DNA from: Scenedesmus sp. PABB004
Taxonomy: Eukaryota
Length of the DNA stretch: 64,000 bases
NCBI GenBank assembly: GCA_014905635.1
Contig: JABVCE010000013.1
Location: 868,001-932,000 of the forward strand
Direction of reading: 5' to 3'
The notes under the pieces are model-generated. The model worked only from the letters and a program-made list of their open reading frames with translations. It did not search any database and was not told the origin of the DNA. A program made the translations under genes and the position numbers. The number at the start of each line of letters is the position of its first letter. Position 1 is the stretch's first letter. Shown one piece after another: positions 23,813-35,236 of the stretch.

Positions 23813-26289
23813 TCACGACTGCATGACCGTGTTGCTCAGCGCCGGCAGCGGTTCGACGAGCGCGCTCTCGCGCTCCCCGTCCTCCACGCTGCCCGGCGGC
23901 GGCGCCGCGCCGGCGCCGGCGCGGTCCTCGGCGGCCTGCGCGCGCCACATGTCGGCGTACACGCCGCCCGCCGCCAGCAGCGCGCCGTGGCTGCCCTGCT
24001 CGACGAGCCGGCCCTCCGACAGCACCAGGATGCGGTCGCACCCCGCGACCGTGCTGAGCCGGTGCGCGACAAAGATGCTCGTGCGCCCCTGGCGGCGGCC
24101 GCGGGGCGGCGGCGGCGCGGCGCGTGGGCCGCGAGGCCAGGAGACGGGGGGCACGCGCCGCCGGCCGCGCCGGCCGCGCCGCACGCAGCGCGCCGCGCGC
24201 CGTGCGCCGCACCCGGGCGAGCTCGTCGAGGCTGCCGAGGATGCTGGCCTCGGTCGCAGTGTCCAGCGCGCTCGTGGCCTCGTCGCACACGAGCAGCCGC
24301 GGCGCGCGCAGGAACGCGCTGCGCGGGGCGCGGCGGCGAGCGGGCGCGGGCGCGGCAGCGGCCGCGTCAGCGCACGCGCGGAGCGGCCAGCCGGCGGGCG
24401 CGGCGGCGAGGCCCCTGCTGCCGCCGCGGGCGCCGCCGCACCGCGCGATCGCGACGCGCTGCTTCTCGCCGCCGCTGAGCTTGAGCCCGCGCTCGCCGAC
24501 CATGGTGCCGTAGCCGTCCGGCATGCGCAGCACGGCCTCGTGCAGGTGCGCCAGCTGCGCCGCAGCAATGACCTCGTCATCACCCGCGGTCGGCTTGCCA
24601 TACCTGGAAGCGGCCCAGATCGGTCGGCACGTCCCGGCGGCGGCGGCGGCGGCGGCGGCGGAGTGAGCCGGCAGCCCAGGCCGCGGCGGCGCCGGCGGCG
24701 GGGTGAACCGGCAGGCAGCCCCCGGCGGCACGGCGCGGCGGCGCGGGCGAGGCGCCCTGCCGGCGGCGGCGCCGGCGGCGGCGGCGGCCCGCACCGTATG
24801 TTTTGGAGGATGGTGTCGTTGAAGAGGACGGTGTCCTGCGGCACGACCGCGACGGCGCTGCGCAGGCTCGCGGTCTGGAGGTCGCGCACGTCGACGCCGT
24901 TGACGCGCACCACGCCGCCGCTCGCGTCGTAGAGCCGCGTGACGAGCTTGAGGATCGTCGACTTGCCGCTCCCGCTCGCGCCCACGACCGCGACGCTCTC
25001 GCCCGGCAGGATGCGCAGGCTGACGCCCTTGAGCACCTGCGGCGCGCAACCCGCGGGCGGCGCGCTCGGCCGGCGCGCGCGCTCGCTCGCGCGGCCGGCC
25101 GGCCGGGCAGCCCGGCGCCGCGCGGCGCGCGGGGCGGTGCGCGCGTCGCTGGCGCGTCTGCGCGGGTCAGCAACGGGTGCGCGCCGCCGCGCCTGGCGCT
25201 GCTCGTTGTAGCCGAACACCACGTCGTCGAGCTCCACCTCCAGCCCCAGCCCCGAGATGGAGAGCGCGGGGTCGGGCGCGTCGCCGCGGAAGCCGCCGCC
25301 GTCGGCGCTGCCGAGGTTGCGCCGCGCGCCCGGCGGCGGCGAGTGCGGGTGCTGCTGCTGCTCCAGGCGCAGCGCGGCCTCCACGAGGCTCTGCCGGTCC
25401 GCGCCGTCGCTCGCGGCGCCGGCGGCCGCGGCCGCGGCGGCGGCGGGCGCGAGCGAGGGCGGCAGGTCCGGCAGCTTGACGCTGCCGCCGGGGAGGCTGT
25501 TGGGGGTCTTGAGGATGTCGAAAAACTCCTCCATGTCCACCAGGGACTGCCGAATCTCCCTGGACGGCGTCGAGCGGAGGGGGTGTGCGTGTGCGCGCGC
25601 GCATGTGAGAGGCAGTGGGAGCGCGGGTTGGGCGCGGGCGGCGGCAGCTCGGCGCGGCGCGGCTTGGCGCGGCTGCGGCGCGGCACAGAGTGGCGCGCCT
25701 GTAGAACCAACCCAAGAACTGCAGGGGCCCCCACAGCTGCAGCAGCAGGCCCTGCAGCAGGACCAGGTCGCCTGGCGATGCCGCCGCGCCGAGCGCGCCG
25801 CTGACGGCGGCGCCGCCGCCGCGCCCGAGCGCCGCCGACGCCGCCGCGGCGACGACGCCGCTGCCCGCGGCCGCCGCGGCCATGGCCGCCTCGCCCGCGG
25901 GGCCGCCGATGACCGCGGCGACCATCACGCACGTCAGGCCTGCGCGGTGTGCGGCGCGGCGCGCGCCGCGGGGTCGGCTCGGCGGCGGCGCCAGCGCGCG
26001 CGCGCGCGCCGGCGCGCGCGGCGCCAGCCAGCGCGCGCGGGCGGCGCACCCGCGCTGAGGATGACCGACTGCCCGGCGTTGAGCAGCGCGGCGAGGCGCT
26101 CCGTCTGGATCGCGGCGGCCTGGTAGCCGCGGAGGTAGTGGTCGTACTGGGACACCTGGTGATAGGGGTGTGGGTGTGTGTGTGTGGAGAAAGGGTTTAG
26201 GGAGGGCTTAGGGAGGGCTTAGGGAGGGCTTAGGGAGGGTTTAGGGGAGCAGGGGCAGAGGAGCGGGGCGGCGGCGGCCGCGCGGGCGG

Positions 26290-26320
<31 letters not shown>

Positions 26321-27939
26321 CGCCGGCGGCTGCGGGGCGGCGCGCCTCGAGCTGGCGGTTGTTGAAGAGCGCGACCGTCTCTGCGTTGAGCAGCGCGTCG
26401 ACGGCCTTGCTCGTGGTGAGGTTGTCCAGCTGGTTGACCTGCTTGCGCACCTCCACCGCCGCCTGCGTCATGGTGAGCGTCCACGCGACGTACAGCACAA
26501 ACGTGCCGCCCACGAGCCCCGCGACGAGCGGGCTGAAGCGCGTGGCGAGGAGGCCGACCACGAACACGAGCTCGATCGCGGTCGGCGCAAAGGTGAAGAG
26601 CACGGCGCGGTAGAGCATCTGGATCGACCGCGTGCCTGCGCGGCGGCGTGGGCGTGCGTGCGTGCGTGTGTGCACATGTGTGTGTGCGTGTGTGCGGGCG
26701 CGCGTGGGGCGCGTCGAGTGAGCGGCGGCGCCGCGTGCCGGCGCGCGCGCGGCGTGGGGCGCACCGCGCTCGAGGATGCGCGAGAGGCGCCCCGTGCGGC
26801 GGTTCATGTGGAACGTGATGTCCAGCTCCAGCACGTGGCTGAACGTCTGGTAGGCCACGCGCCGCGCGACCGCCTGCGTGCGCGCGGCGCGGCGGGGCAG
26901 GCGGGTGGGCCTCGGCGGCGGTGGCGGCGCGGCCGTGCGCGGGCCGCGAGCCCCGCTGGTGCGAGGCGCTGCCCGGCGCGCCCGCCGCCGCCCGCCGTGC
27001 CCCGCGGGCGCGCCTGGGAGATGGGCGTGAAGGTTGGGTAGGTCAGCTCCTTGGTGAGGTGCTGCGCGACAGCACCCGTGCGTTGCCGCGGGCAGCGCGG
27101 CGGGCGCGGTCAGTCGCGCCCCTGCACGGCGCGGCGGCGCGGCGCGGCGGCGGCGCGCGGACCTGCACGATGCCGCACAGCCCAAAGCACAGCACGCAGC
27201 GCACGGCCGGCAGCAGCGCGGCGTCGCCGGCCGCGCCGAGCGCGTCGACCGCGGCCTTGAGAAACAGCGGGCCGCTCAGGCCTACGATGCGGCGGGCAGG
27301 CGCAGGATTCGGCGGGCGCGTGCGTCGTCGCGCCGCGCCGCCGCGGCGAGGCGCGCGGCCCGCGGCCCGCGGCCCGCGGCCGCTGCTGCTGCCGCGCGCA
27401 GCACAGCACGACGGCGACGCGCGTCGCGGCCGCTGCCGCGCCGCCGCACCGGCGGCCTTTGAGACGAGCATGAATGCAAACGCCGCGCCGAGGCGCCAGC
27501 TGAGCTGGCGCTCCGCCATGGCGAGCTTGAGCAGGTAGGGCAGCACCTCCACGAGGCTCTCCCCGCTGCGCGGCGGCGCCGGCAGCGGCGCGACCGCGGG
27601 CGCCGCCGCGGCCTCGCGCGCGTCGAACGAGACGTGCTGCTGCTCGCCCGCGCCGCCCGGCCACGCCGACGCGGCGGCCGCCGCTGCGACGGCCACGCCG
27701 CCGCGCCGGCGCTGGCGGAGGCTAATGCCGCCGCCGCTGCCGCCGCCGCCGCCGGAGACGGGCGCTGGCGCCGCGGCGTGCGGGCGCGCCGCCGCCGCTG
27801 GCGCAGCAGCAGCCTGGCGCCGCCGCGTGTGGCCGGCGGCGCGGCGCAGCGGGCGCGGCGCCGCTCCCAGGCGCGCCCGCTGCGCCGCCGGCAGCGCGGC
27901 CCGGCAGCCGCCGGGCGCCAGGGCGGCGGCCTGCATCAT
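23813..27939 (-). CDS. ABCB half-transporter of the ATM1/ABCB7/HMT1 type, organelle-targeted, 11 introns
   Basis: Transit-peptide-like N-terminus and TM domain motifs ([39 protein letters not shown]). The NBD has Walker [15 protein letters not shown], the signature [14 protein letters not shown], Walker [12 protein letters not shown] and the H-loop AHRLST. Confidence 0.94.
26192..26246. repeat. Interstitial telomere-like repeat (AGGGYTTAGGG) x5 in an ABCB intron
   Basis: Five 11-nt units, two containing TTTAGGG and three containing CTTAGGG, next to a (GT)n tract. Confidence 0.85.
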
Positions 27940-28557
27940 GCGGCCTCGCCGCGCAGCGGCGCTCGCCGCCTGCTGCTGTGGTCAAAACGTCGTCAGGACC
28001 GCGTCTCGCTGCGGGTGTGGCAAATTGACACGGATGTCTCCACGCTGCGACGGAGAGCGTGTGCGTTCGCGCGGCTGGCTCGCCGCGAGCTCGATGCCCG
28101 GGCCACGCAGTCGCGCGGGACGCTGCGAGCTGGGGGCGCGATCTGGGGTGACGACGAGCGACGTGACTGTGCCTCTCACGGTGGGCCTGCCGCGCGGTGC
28201 GGCTGCGCCGGCCGCAGTCGCCGGACTGCGGCTGCAGCGGGTGGTCAGCGGCGGGCTGCAGCCGCATGCCGCCCGCCTCGGCCTAGGGCACATCGCCGCT
28301 GCCGCCGTCGTCGCTGCAGGTGCCGGGCGGCGCGCTGCCTGACGGGGCTGCCCCGTCGCCAGCTTCACTGCCGGCGGCCGCCCCGCGCTCCTCCTGGGCC
28401 TGCTCCTGCACGCCCGCCGATTCGAGCGCCCCCGCGTCCGCACCCGCCGCGCACGCGCCCCCATCGCGGCGCAGCTGGCGCAGCCGCAGCGGGTCGGCCG
28501 GCCAGCTGCGGCTTGACGCGCGCTGGTACACGAGCGTGAGGTGCCACTGCAGCAGGC

Positions 28558-29356
28558 TCAGCTCGGCCGCTGCGGCGGGCTCGCGCTGCGTGAGCTGCTC
28601 TCCACATCAAACGACTGCGCCGCTGTGGGGCACGGTGCAGCGCGGCGGCGCGCGGCGGCGGCGTGGGCAGACACGGTAGGACGGGGCGGCGCGGCGCGCG
28701 GCGCGTGCGCGGCGGGCAGGCTGCGGAGCGCGCGGAGTCGCGCGCGGGAGCGGGCCGCGCCTTGATCTCGCCTGCAAAGCGCGTCGGGAAGTCGGTCGCG
28801 TCGAAGCTCTCGATCGGGCTCACGCCGCTCTTGCCAGCCAGCAGCGCGTCGTAAAAGGGCTCGACCTGGGCGCGGCGCGGCGTGAAAGGACGGAGCACGC
28901 GGGCGCTGCGGCGGCGGAGGCGCGCGCTGCGGCGGCGGCGGCCGGGCGCCCCGCGGGCCCCGCCCGCTGCCGGCCGCACCTCGTGCCCCAGCGACAACAC
29001 CACGGCCATGCCTGTGACCATGACTCGCCGGCTGCTGCTGTCCTGCGGGCGCAGCCGCAAAACGCGCGGGCGCGCGCGGGCGGCGTCGGCGGGCGGGCGC
29101 CCTGCGCGCTGTGGCGGCGCCGCCGGCCGCTGCGCGCGCCGAGCAGCGCGCGCCGCCCACCGTGCAGGCGGCTGCCCGCGTCACCACCCGCGCGCGGCTA
29201 CGAGCTGCTGCTAGCCGCGGGCACTGCGGGCGCCGTCTCGGGATCGCGCCGTCTCGGGACCGCGCCGCTGCGTCCGCCGCCCGCCGCAGCAACGCACCAA
29301 GCTGCTAGTCTCTGCACGCCTGCTCGAGCGGGCGGCGGGCGGGCGGGCGTGATCAT
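28558..29356 (-). pseudogene. Truncated plastid beta-ketoacyl-ACP synthase (KAS/FabF) fragment
   Basis: RRVMVTGMAVVLSLGHE|VEPFYDALLAGKSGVSPIESFDATDFPTRFAGEIK|SFDVE matches the FabF N-terminus. Homology is then lost and a TGA follows at 28558. A 16-nt duplication at 29232-29263 frameshifts the transit peptide. Confidence 0.75.
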
Positions 29357-29922
29357 GGCGGTATGACACCGACCATGGCGGCACGGGGAATCTGGCAGCC
29401 GCTGGGCGCCCGGGCGGCCGCGGGGGGCTAGAGCAGGCCCTCCCCCCCAAGCGCCCCCCTGCCCTCCCCGCCCGTGCCCGGGGCGCACCTCAGCGGCTTG
29501 CCAGCGGTCACCGAAGGCTCTGCAGCGGCTGGGCGGGCCGAGCCGGAGCCTTCTGCAAAAATATTTAGGGCAGGAGTTGCGGCGGTGTTGGCGGCGCGGT
29601 GTAGGCTGTAGGTTGCGCCCCCCAATGACCCGTGCACAGGGTAATAAGAGGGCTCTCTGGTTTTTAGCCTCCCCGCACTCTGGGCGCGCCGCGTGAGCCT
29701 GAGCAGGCGGTCAGCGCGAGGTGGTTGGCAGCGGCGGCGCACGGCGCCGCCAGCGAGCGAAGCAGCCACCCGCACCAGCCGCACGCCCTCGCAGTGAACG
29801 ACCCCCGGCACGATGCCGCCGCCCCCAGCCCGGTGACGCGGGGCGGCAGCCCCTCGGTCGACGCGGCAGCGCGACAGTTGCGCCCGCTGTTCGCGCGCCG
29901 GCGCCGCCGTGCGGGGCCAGGC

Positions 29923-31799
29923 ATGGCCGACGTCCACCCCGACGTGCGGCGCTGGGTGGCAGAGCTCTTTGACCGCGTGGTGGCGGCGGCGGAGCTGGAC
30001 GCCGCCGCGGCGGCGGCGGGCGGCGGCGCGCTGGCGCTGGCGGGCGCGCACAAGCTCGACGCCAAGGGCGGTGACGCCGTCGCTGACGCGCCGCCGCCGG
30101 CGGTGCTGCGCGCCGTGAGCGGCGAGTTTGGCGCGGTCGCGGTGCTGCGGCGCTCCGACCTGGGCCTCGCGCCGCCGGCACCGGCCCGGCAGCACGCGGC
30201 CCCCTCCGCCTCGGCGGCCGCGGCCGCGGCGACCGCGGCGGCGGCGGCGTGCGCGGCGGCGGCGGCCGCCGCCGCGCGCCCGAGCGGCATCCCCGCCAGC
30301 CCGGCCGGCCGCGCGCCGGCGGCGGTCGCGGCGAGCACCACGAGCGTCGCCGAGCTGGTGGGCGCGGCGGGTCGGGCGCCGCCGCCCGCGCGCGCGCTGG
30401 AGCGCAGCGTGAGCAGCAGCTCCGGCGGCGGCGGCGGCGGCAGCAGCAGGGAGGCGGACGGCGCGTGGGCCGCGTCGCTCCGCCGGCCGGCGCAGCTGGC
30501 GGCGCCGCCGAGCCAGCGCAGGTGAGCGGGCGAGGGGGCGCGTCGCCACCGCGCGCCACGCCGGCCGGCTCCGCGCCGCCTGCAGCGGCCCGCGGCCGCC
30601 CGCCCGACGGCCGCCCCCGCCGCCCCCGGCGCAGGATTTCCAGCGGCGGCGGCTCCGCCGCCGCGTCGCCGGCGTCTGCGGCCGCCTCGCCCGGCGCCGC
30701 CGGCCGGCCGCCCAGCACGCCCCGCAGCGCGGGCCGCGCCGCGCCAGCCACGCCGGGCGGCAGCGGCCGGTACAGCCTGCGGCAGGGCCACAGCTCCAAG
30801 AGCCCCAGCCCCGCCGTCAGCCCGCGCGGCGGCCTCGCAGCCGCCGGCGGGGGCGCGCGGCCGAGCGCGGCGGCGGCGGGCCCGCCCGCGCGCCGCGCCG
30901 CGGCGACGCCGCCCGCCAAGGCCGCGCCGCCCACGCCCCGGCGCGCGGCGGGCAGCCCCGGCGCTGCCGCCGCGGCCAGGGCCGGCGGCGGCAGCCCCGC
31001 GACGCCGCTGCGGGGCGGCAAGGCCCGGACGGCCCTCCGCACGCCGCCGGGCCGCGCCTCTGCACCCGCCGCGGCCGCGCCACCGGCCGCGCCGCCGGCC
31101 GCGCCGCGGCCCCCGCCGGCCGCCGCCACAGCAGCCGCCGCGCTGGCGGCCGCGCGCGCGGCGGCCGAGTCTGCCGCCGCCGGCGCGGCCGCGGCCGCGG
31201 CCGCCGCCGCCGCCGCCGCCGCCGCCGCGCGGGGCGCCTCGGACGGCGGCGCGCCGCCCGCGGAGCTGCCGTCGCCGACGGCGGCGTGCGGCAGCGGCGC
31301 CGGCCCGCTGTGGGGCGACGAGGACGACGAGGACGCGGAGGGCTACCTGGACGGCTACCGCGCCGTGATCGAGGCCATCGACGCCGCCGCGTTTGGCGAG
31401 CGCGCCAGCGGCGGCGGCGGCGCCGGCGCCGCGGCCGAGCCGGCGGCGGCGCAGGGGGCGGCGAGCGCGGCGAGCGCGGGCGGCGCGGCGGCGAGCGTAT
31501 TCCGGCTGAGCAGCTGCGGCGCGGCGCCGGCGGCGACAGGGGCGGTGACAACGGCCGGCGCGGCTGCGTGCGAGGCGCCCGAGGCGGGCGGCGCGGCCGC
31601 AGAGGTCGGCGCGGCGAGCCCGCGAGCGGCCGAGGCAGCGGCTGCCCAGCCGGAGGCGGCTGCGGCAGAGGCTGCCGAGGCGGCGCAGCCGCACGGCGCC
31701 GACGGCGAGCCGGCGGGCGACGCGGCGGAGCCGCCCGGCGGCGCGGGGGAGCAGGAGGCGCCGGCGCCGCAGTGCGGGTGCGCGTGCGCGATCATGTGA
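29923..31799 (+). CDS. Low-complexity Ala/Pro/Ser-rich hypothetical protein with a C-terminal CaaX motif
   Basis: MADVHPDVRRWVAELFDRVV start, intron 30522-30635, and an end of QCGCACAIM*. Confidence 0.65.
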
Positions 31800-32175
31800 G
31801 CTGGACTGGGCACCTGACCTTGGGTCTTGACGCACGGCTGTGGCTCGAGCAGCCCACAAAGAGCCCACCCCCCCCACACACAGTGGCCCTGTGCTGGGGC
31901 ACTGACGGGCGTGTGCATCCCTGGGCGGCGGCGTCTCAGACTCGGGGCTTGGGTCTCAGCGCGCGGGCGTCGCGCGCGCGAGCAAGAAGAAGAAGCGTGG
32001 CCCCATTGTGGCCCCCACAGGGCAGCTCGTTGAACGACCGCGAGCAGGACGCAGCAGCCGTGTGCGAGCGACAGCCGACGAGCGACCGACCGCCGCCGCT
32101 GCCGCCGCTGACTCCGCGCACCGCCTGCAGGCGCGTCGCGTGATCGCGGCGCTGCTCTCGCAGTGCCAGGACGCC

Positions 32176-34878
32176 ATGCTGGGAGCTGGGCAGGGCCGGG
32201 GGGCGCCGCAGGGCGCGCCTGGCGGCCGATGCCAGCAGCGGCACCCCCGGCCAGCGCGCCTGGGGCGGGGCAGCAGCCTGGCGCCGAGCTTGACGCGCTC
32301 TGTGCGGTCATCAGCAGCGGCTGACGACGCGGCGGAGCAGCTGGCGCCCGCAGCAGACGGCCCGGACCCCCGAGCGCGGCGGGCGGAGCGCCAGCAGCGC
32401 CGGCTCGCGCGGCGGTCGGCCAGCGACTCGGAGGACGACTCCGAGGGCCAGCAGCCAGCCCCCGCCGGCGCAGCAGCGGCGGTGGCCGAGCCGCTGGGCG
32501 GTGCGCCGGGCGGCGGCAGCAGCGGCGGCAGCGGCGCTGCCGGCGCGTCGCCGCCGCGGCCGCCGCCGAGCCGCATCGCAGCGCGGCGGGCGGCCCGCGG
32601 CCGGCCCGTGCGGCGCGGCGCGGCGGCGGTGCCCGCGGCGAGCGTGCCGGACGCCGGCGACGACGAGCCGGGCTCGTATGACTTTGACGGCGACGGCGCG
32701 GAGGACGAGCTGGAGGGCGACGACGCCGACGGCGGCCTGGCGTTGCCGCAGGACTGGCAGTACTACGGCGACGAGCAGGCGGAGCTGGACGACGCCGCGG
32801 CGGCAGAGGCGGCCGCAGGCGGCGCCGCCGCCGCGCCGAGCATCCCGCTCGCCGTCGTGCGCGAGGCGCTGCGCGGCGGCGCGCGGCAGCAGCGCGCGCG
32901 CGCGGGCGCCGGCGCCGGCGCCGCGGGCGCGGGCGCGGGCGCGGGCGGCGAGCGGGGGGCGGCGGCGAGTGGCGGCGGCCCGAGCCGATGGCGCTGTCCG
33001 AGGCCAACCCGATGTACCTCCCGGTGCTGACCGACGAGGACCTCGCGGCCGACCCGCCGGGGCACCGCAGCGGCTACGTCGCCGTCATCGGCCGCCCCAA
33101 CGCGGGTGCGCGGCCGGGGGCCGCGCCCGGCGGCCGGGGCTGCGGGCCGCGGCGGGGGCGCCGCCGCGGGGCGCCGCGGGGCCTTTTCTTGCGCCTTGGC
33201 CGCCGCGCCCTCAACCCCGCCCGCCCCGCCGCGTGCGCCGCGCCGCGCCGCGCCGCGCCGCGGCAGGCAAGAGCACGCTGATCAACGCCATCGTGGGGCA
33301 GAAGCTCTCGATCGTGACGTTCAAGCCCCAGACCACGCGGCACCGCGTCGTCGGCATCTCCAGCGATCCCGACCACCAGATGATACTGGTGCGCGCCGCG
33401 CCGCGCCGCGTGCTGCGGGGGCGCGTGCCAGTGCCAAGCGCTCGGCTCCTCACGCCGCCGCCGTCGCGGCGCAGTTTGACACGCCGGGCATCATGTCGGA
33501 GCAGCGCAGCAAGCTCGACGAGCGCATGATGGCGGCGGTCGTGAGCAGCATCAAGGCGGCGGAGGTCATCGTGGCCGTGGTCGACGCGGGTGCGCGGCCG
33601 CGAGGGAGGGGCTCACGATTGGGGCCAGCCCCGTCGCGGCTCTGCGCTGGCTGCAGCGTGCTGCAGCGCGCGGGCGCGCCCCGACCCTGCCCGTCGAACC
33701 GCCGCCGCCGCTGCCGCCGCGGCCGCCAGGCGACGCGCCGCAGGAGGCGCTGGGCATGTTCCAGCCCGGCCCCGACTGGTCGGGCCCGCCGATGGCGGTG
33801 CTGCTGAACAAGGCAGACCTGCTCGCGCCCGAGGCGGTGGCCGCGCTGGAGGCGTGGTACAAGGCCAACTGCCGCGCCGAGCAGGCGCGCGCGCGCGACC
33901 CGGCTGCGTCGGCGCTGCGCTGCGTGCGCTCCCGGCTGTGCGCTGCACTCACGCGCCGCCGCCGCCGCCGCCGCCATGCCGCGCCGCGCAGGTGTTTGTC
34001 GGCAGCGCGCTCTCGGGCGACGACGCCGGCGTCGCGGCGGTCAAGACGTGGGCGATCAGCAAGCTGCCGGAGGGGCCAACGCTCTACCCCAAGGCGCGCC
34101 CCGCCCCGCGCCGCCCTGCTGGCGCCAGCCCCGCCCGCGCCCGTAGGCGGCGGCAGCCCCGCCGCCGCGCTGCCCCGCGCCGACCCGCGTGCCGGGCCAC
34201 GCGCCGACCCGCGCGCCGCTGCGCGCCCTCCGCCCGCGCGCGCAGTCGATGGTGAGCGAGCAGCCGGAGCGCTTCTTTGTGTCGGAGATCATCCGCGAGC
34301 AGATCTTCCTGCAGTACGAGCAGGAGATCCCCTACGCCGTGCAGGTGCAGATCGCAGACTTCAAGGAGCGCCCAGGTGCGGCGCGGCGCGACCTGTGCGG
34401 CCGCCGGCGGCGGGCGCGCTGCATGTGCCTCTCTCGTGCCGCTTCCGCGCCGCCTCTCACGTGCCGCCTCTCACGCGCCGCCACTCGCGCGCCGCCCCTC
34501 GCGCGCCGCCTCGCACCCTGGCCCCTCCCCTCTCCCTTCAAGGCGCCAAGGACTTCATCAGCGCCCTCATCCTGGTCGAGCGCGAGAGCCAGGCGCCGAT
34601 CGTGCTCGGCGCGGGCGGCGCGCGGTCAAGCGCCTCGGCCAGGCGGCGCGCGGCGCGATCGAGGCCTTCCTCGAGCGCCCCGTGTACCTGGAGCTCAGCG
34701 TGCAGGTGCGGGGCAAGGGGCACGGCGGGCGGGGGCAGTGGGGGGCGTGCGCGAGACGGCGGCAGGGGGCAGCGGGCGGCCTGCGACGGGGGCCGCCGCC
34801 GCGTGCCGCGCGCAGGTCGCGCCGAGCTGGCGGCAGCAGTCGGACAAGCTCAAGGACTTTGGTTACTTTGACCTCTGA
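32176..34878 (+). CDS. ERA: Organellar GTPase Era, 7 introns
   Basis: G1 GRPNAGKST, PQTTR, G3 DTPG, G4 NKAD and the KH-domain region ([31 protein letters not shown]). Transit-peptide-like start. Apparent 1-nt frameshifts at about 32955 and 34620. Confidence 0.92.
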
Positions 34879-35236
34879 GGCCGCTGGCCTTCGATGCGCA
34901 CGACGCCGCCCACGCGCACGACGCCGCGCACGCACGGGGCCTGCTGCCAGCGCAGCGCCGCGCGCGGCCGACCATTTGTCGGCGCCCGGCGGGCGGCGGT
35001 AACCCGGCGGCCCCACTCTCTCTGCTCGCCGGCGCGCGCGACACGGGTCGCGCGGCGCCCCAAAACTGCCCGGCACGAGCTGTTGTACAAAAAACCCAAC
35101 CCAAAACCTCGTGCGCGGCGCGGCGCGCCGGACACCCAAAACCTCAGCTGCGCGGCATGGCGCCGCGCGCGCCCTCAGCCGCCCCGCGCCCGCCGGCCAG
35201 GCGTGGCCCGGGCTCGGCTCAGCGTCCTCAGCCTCC

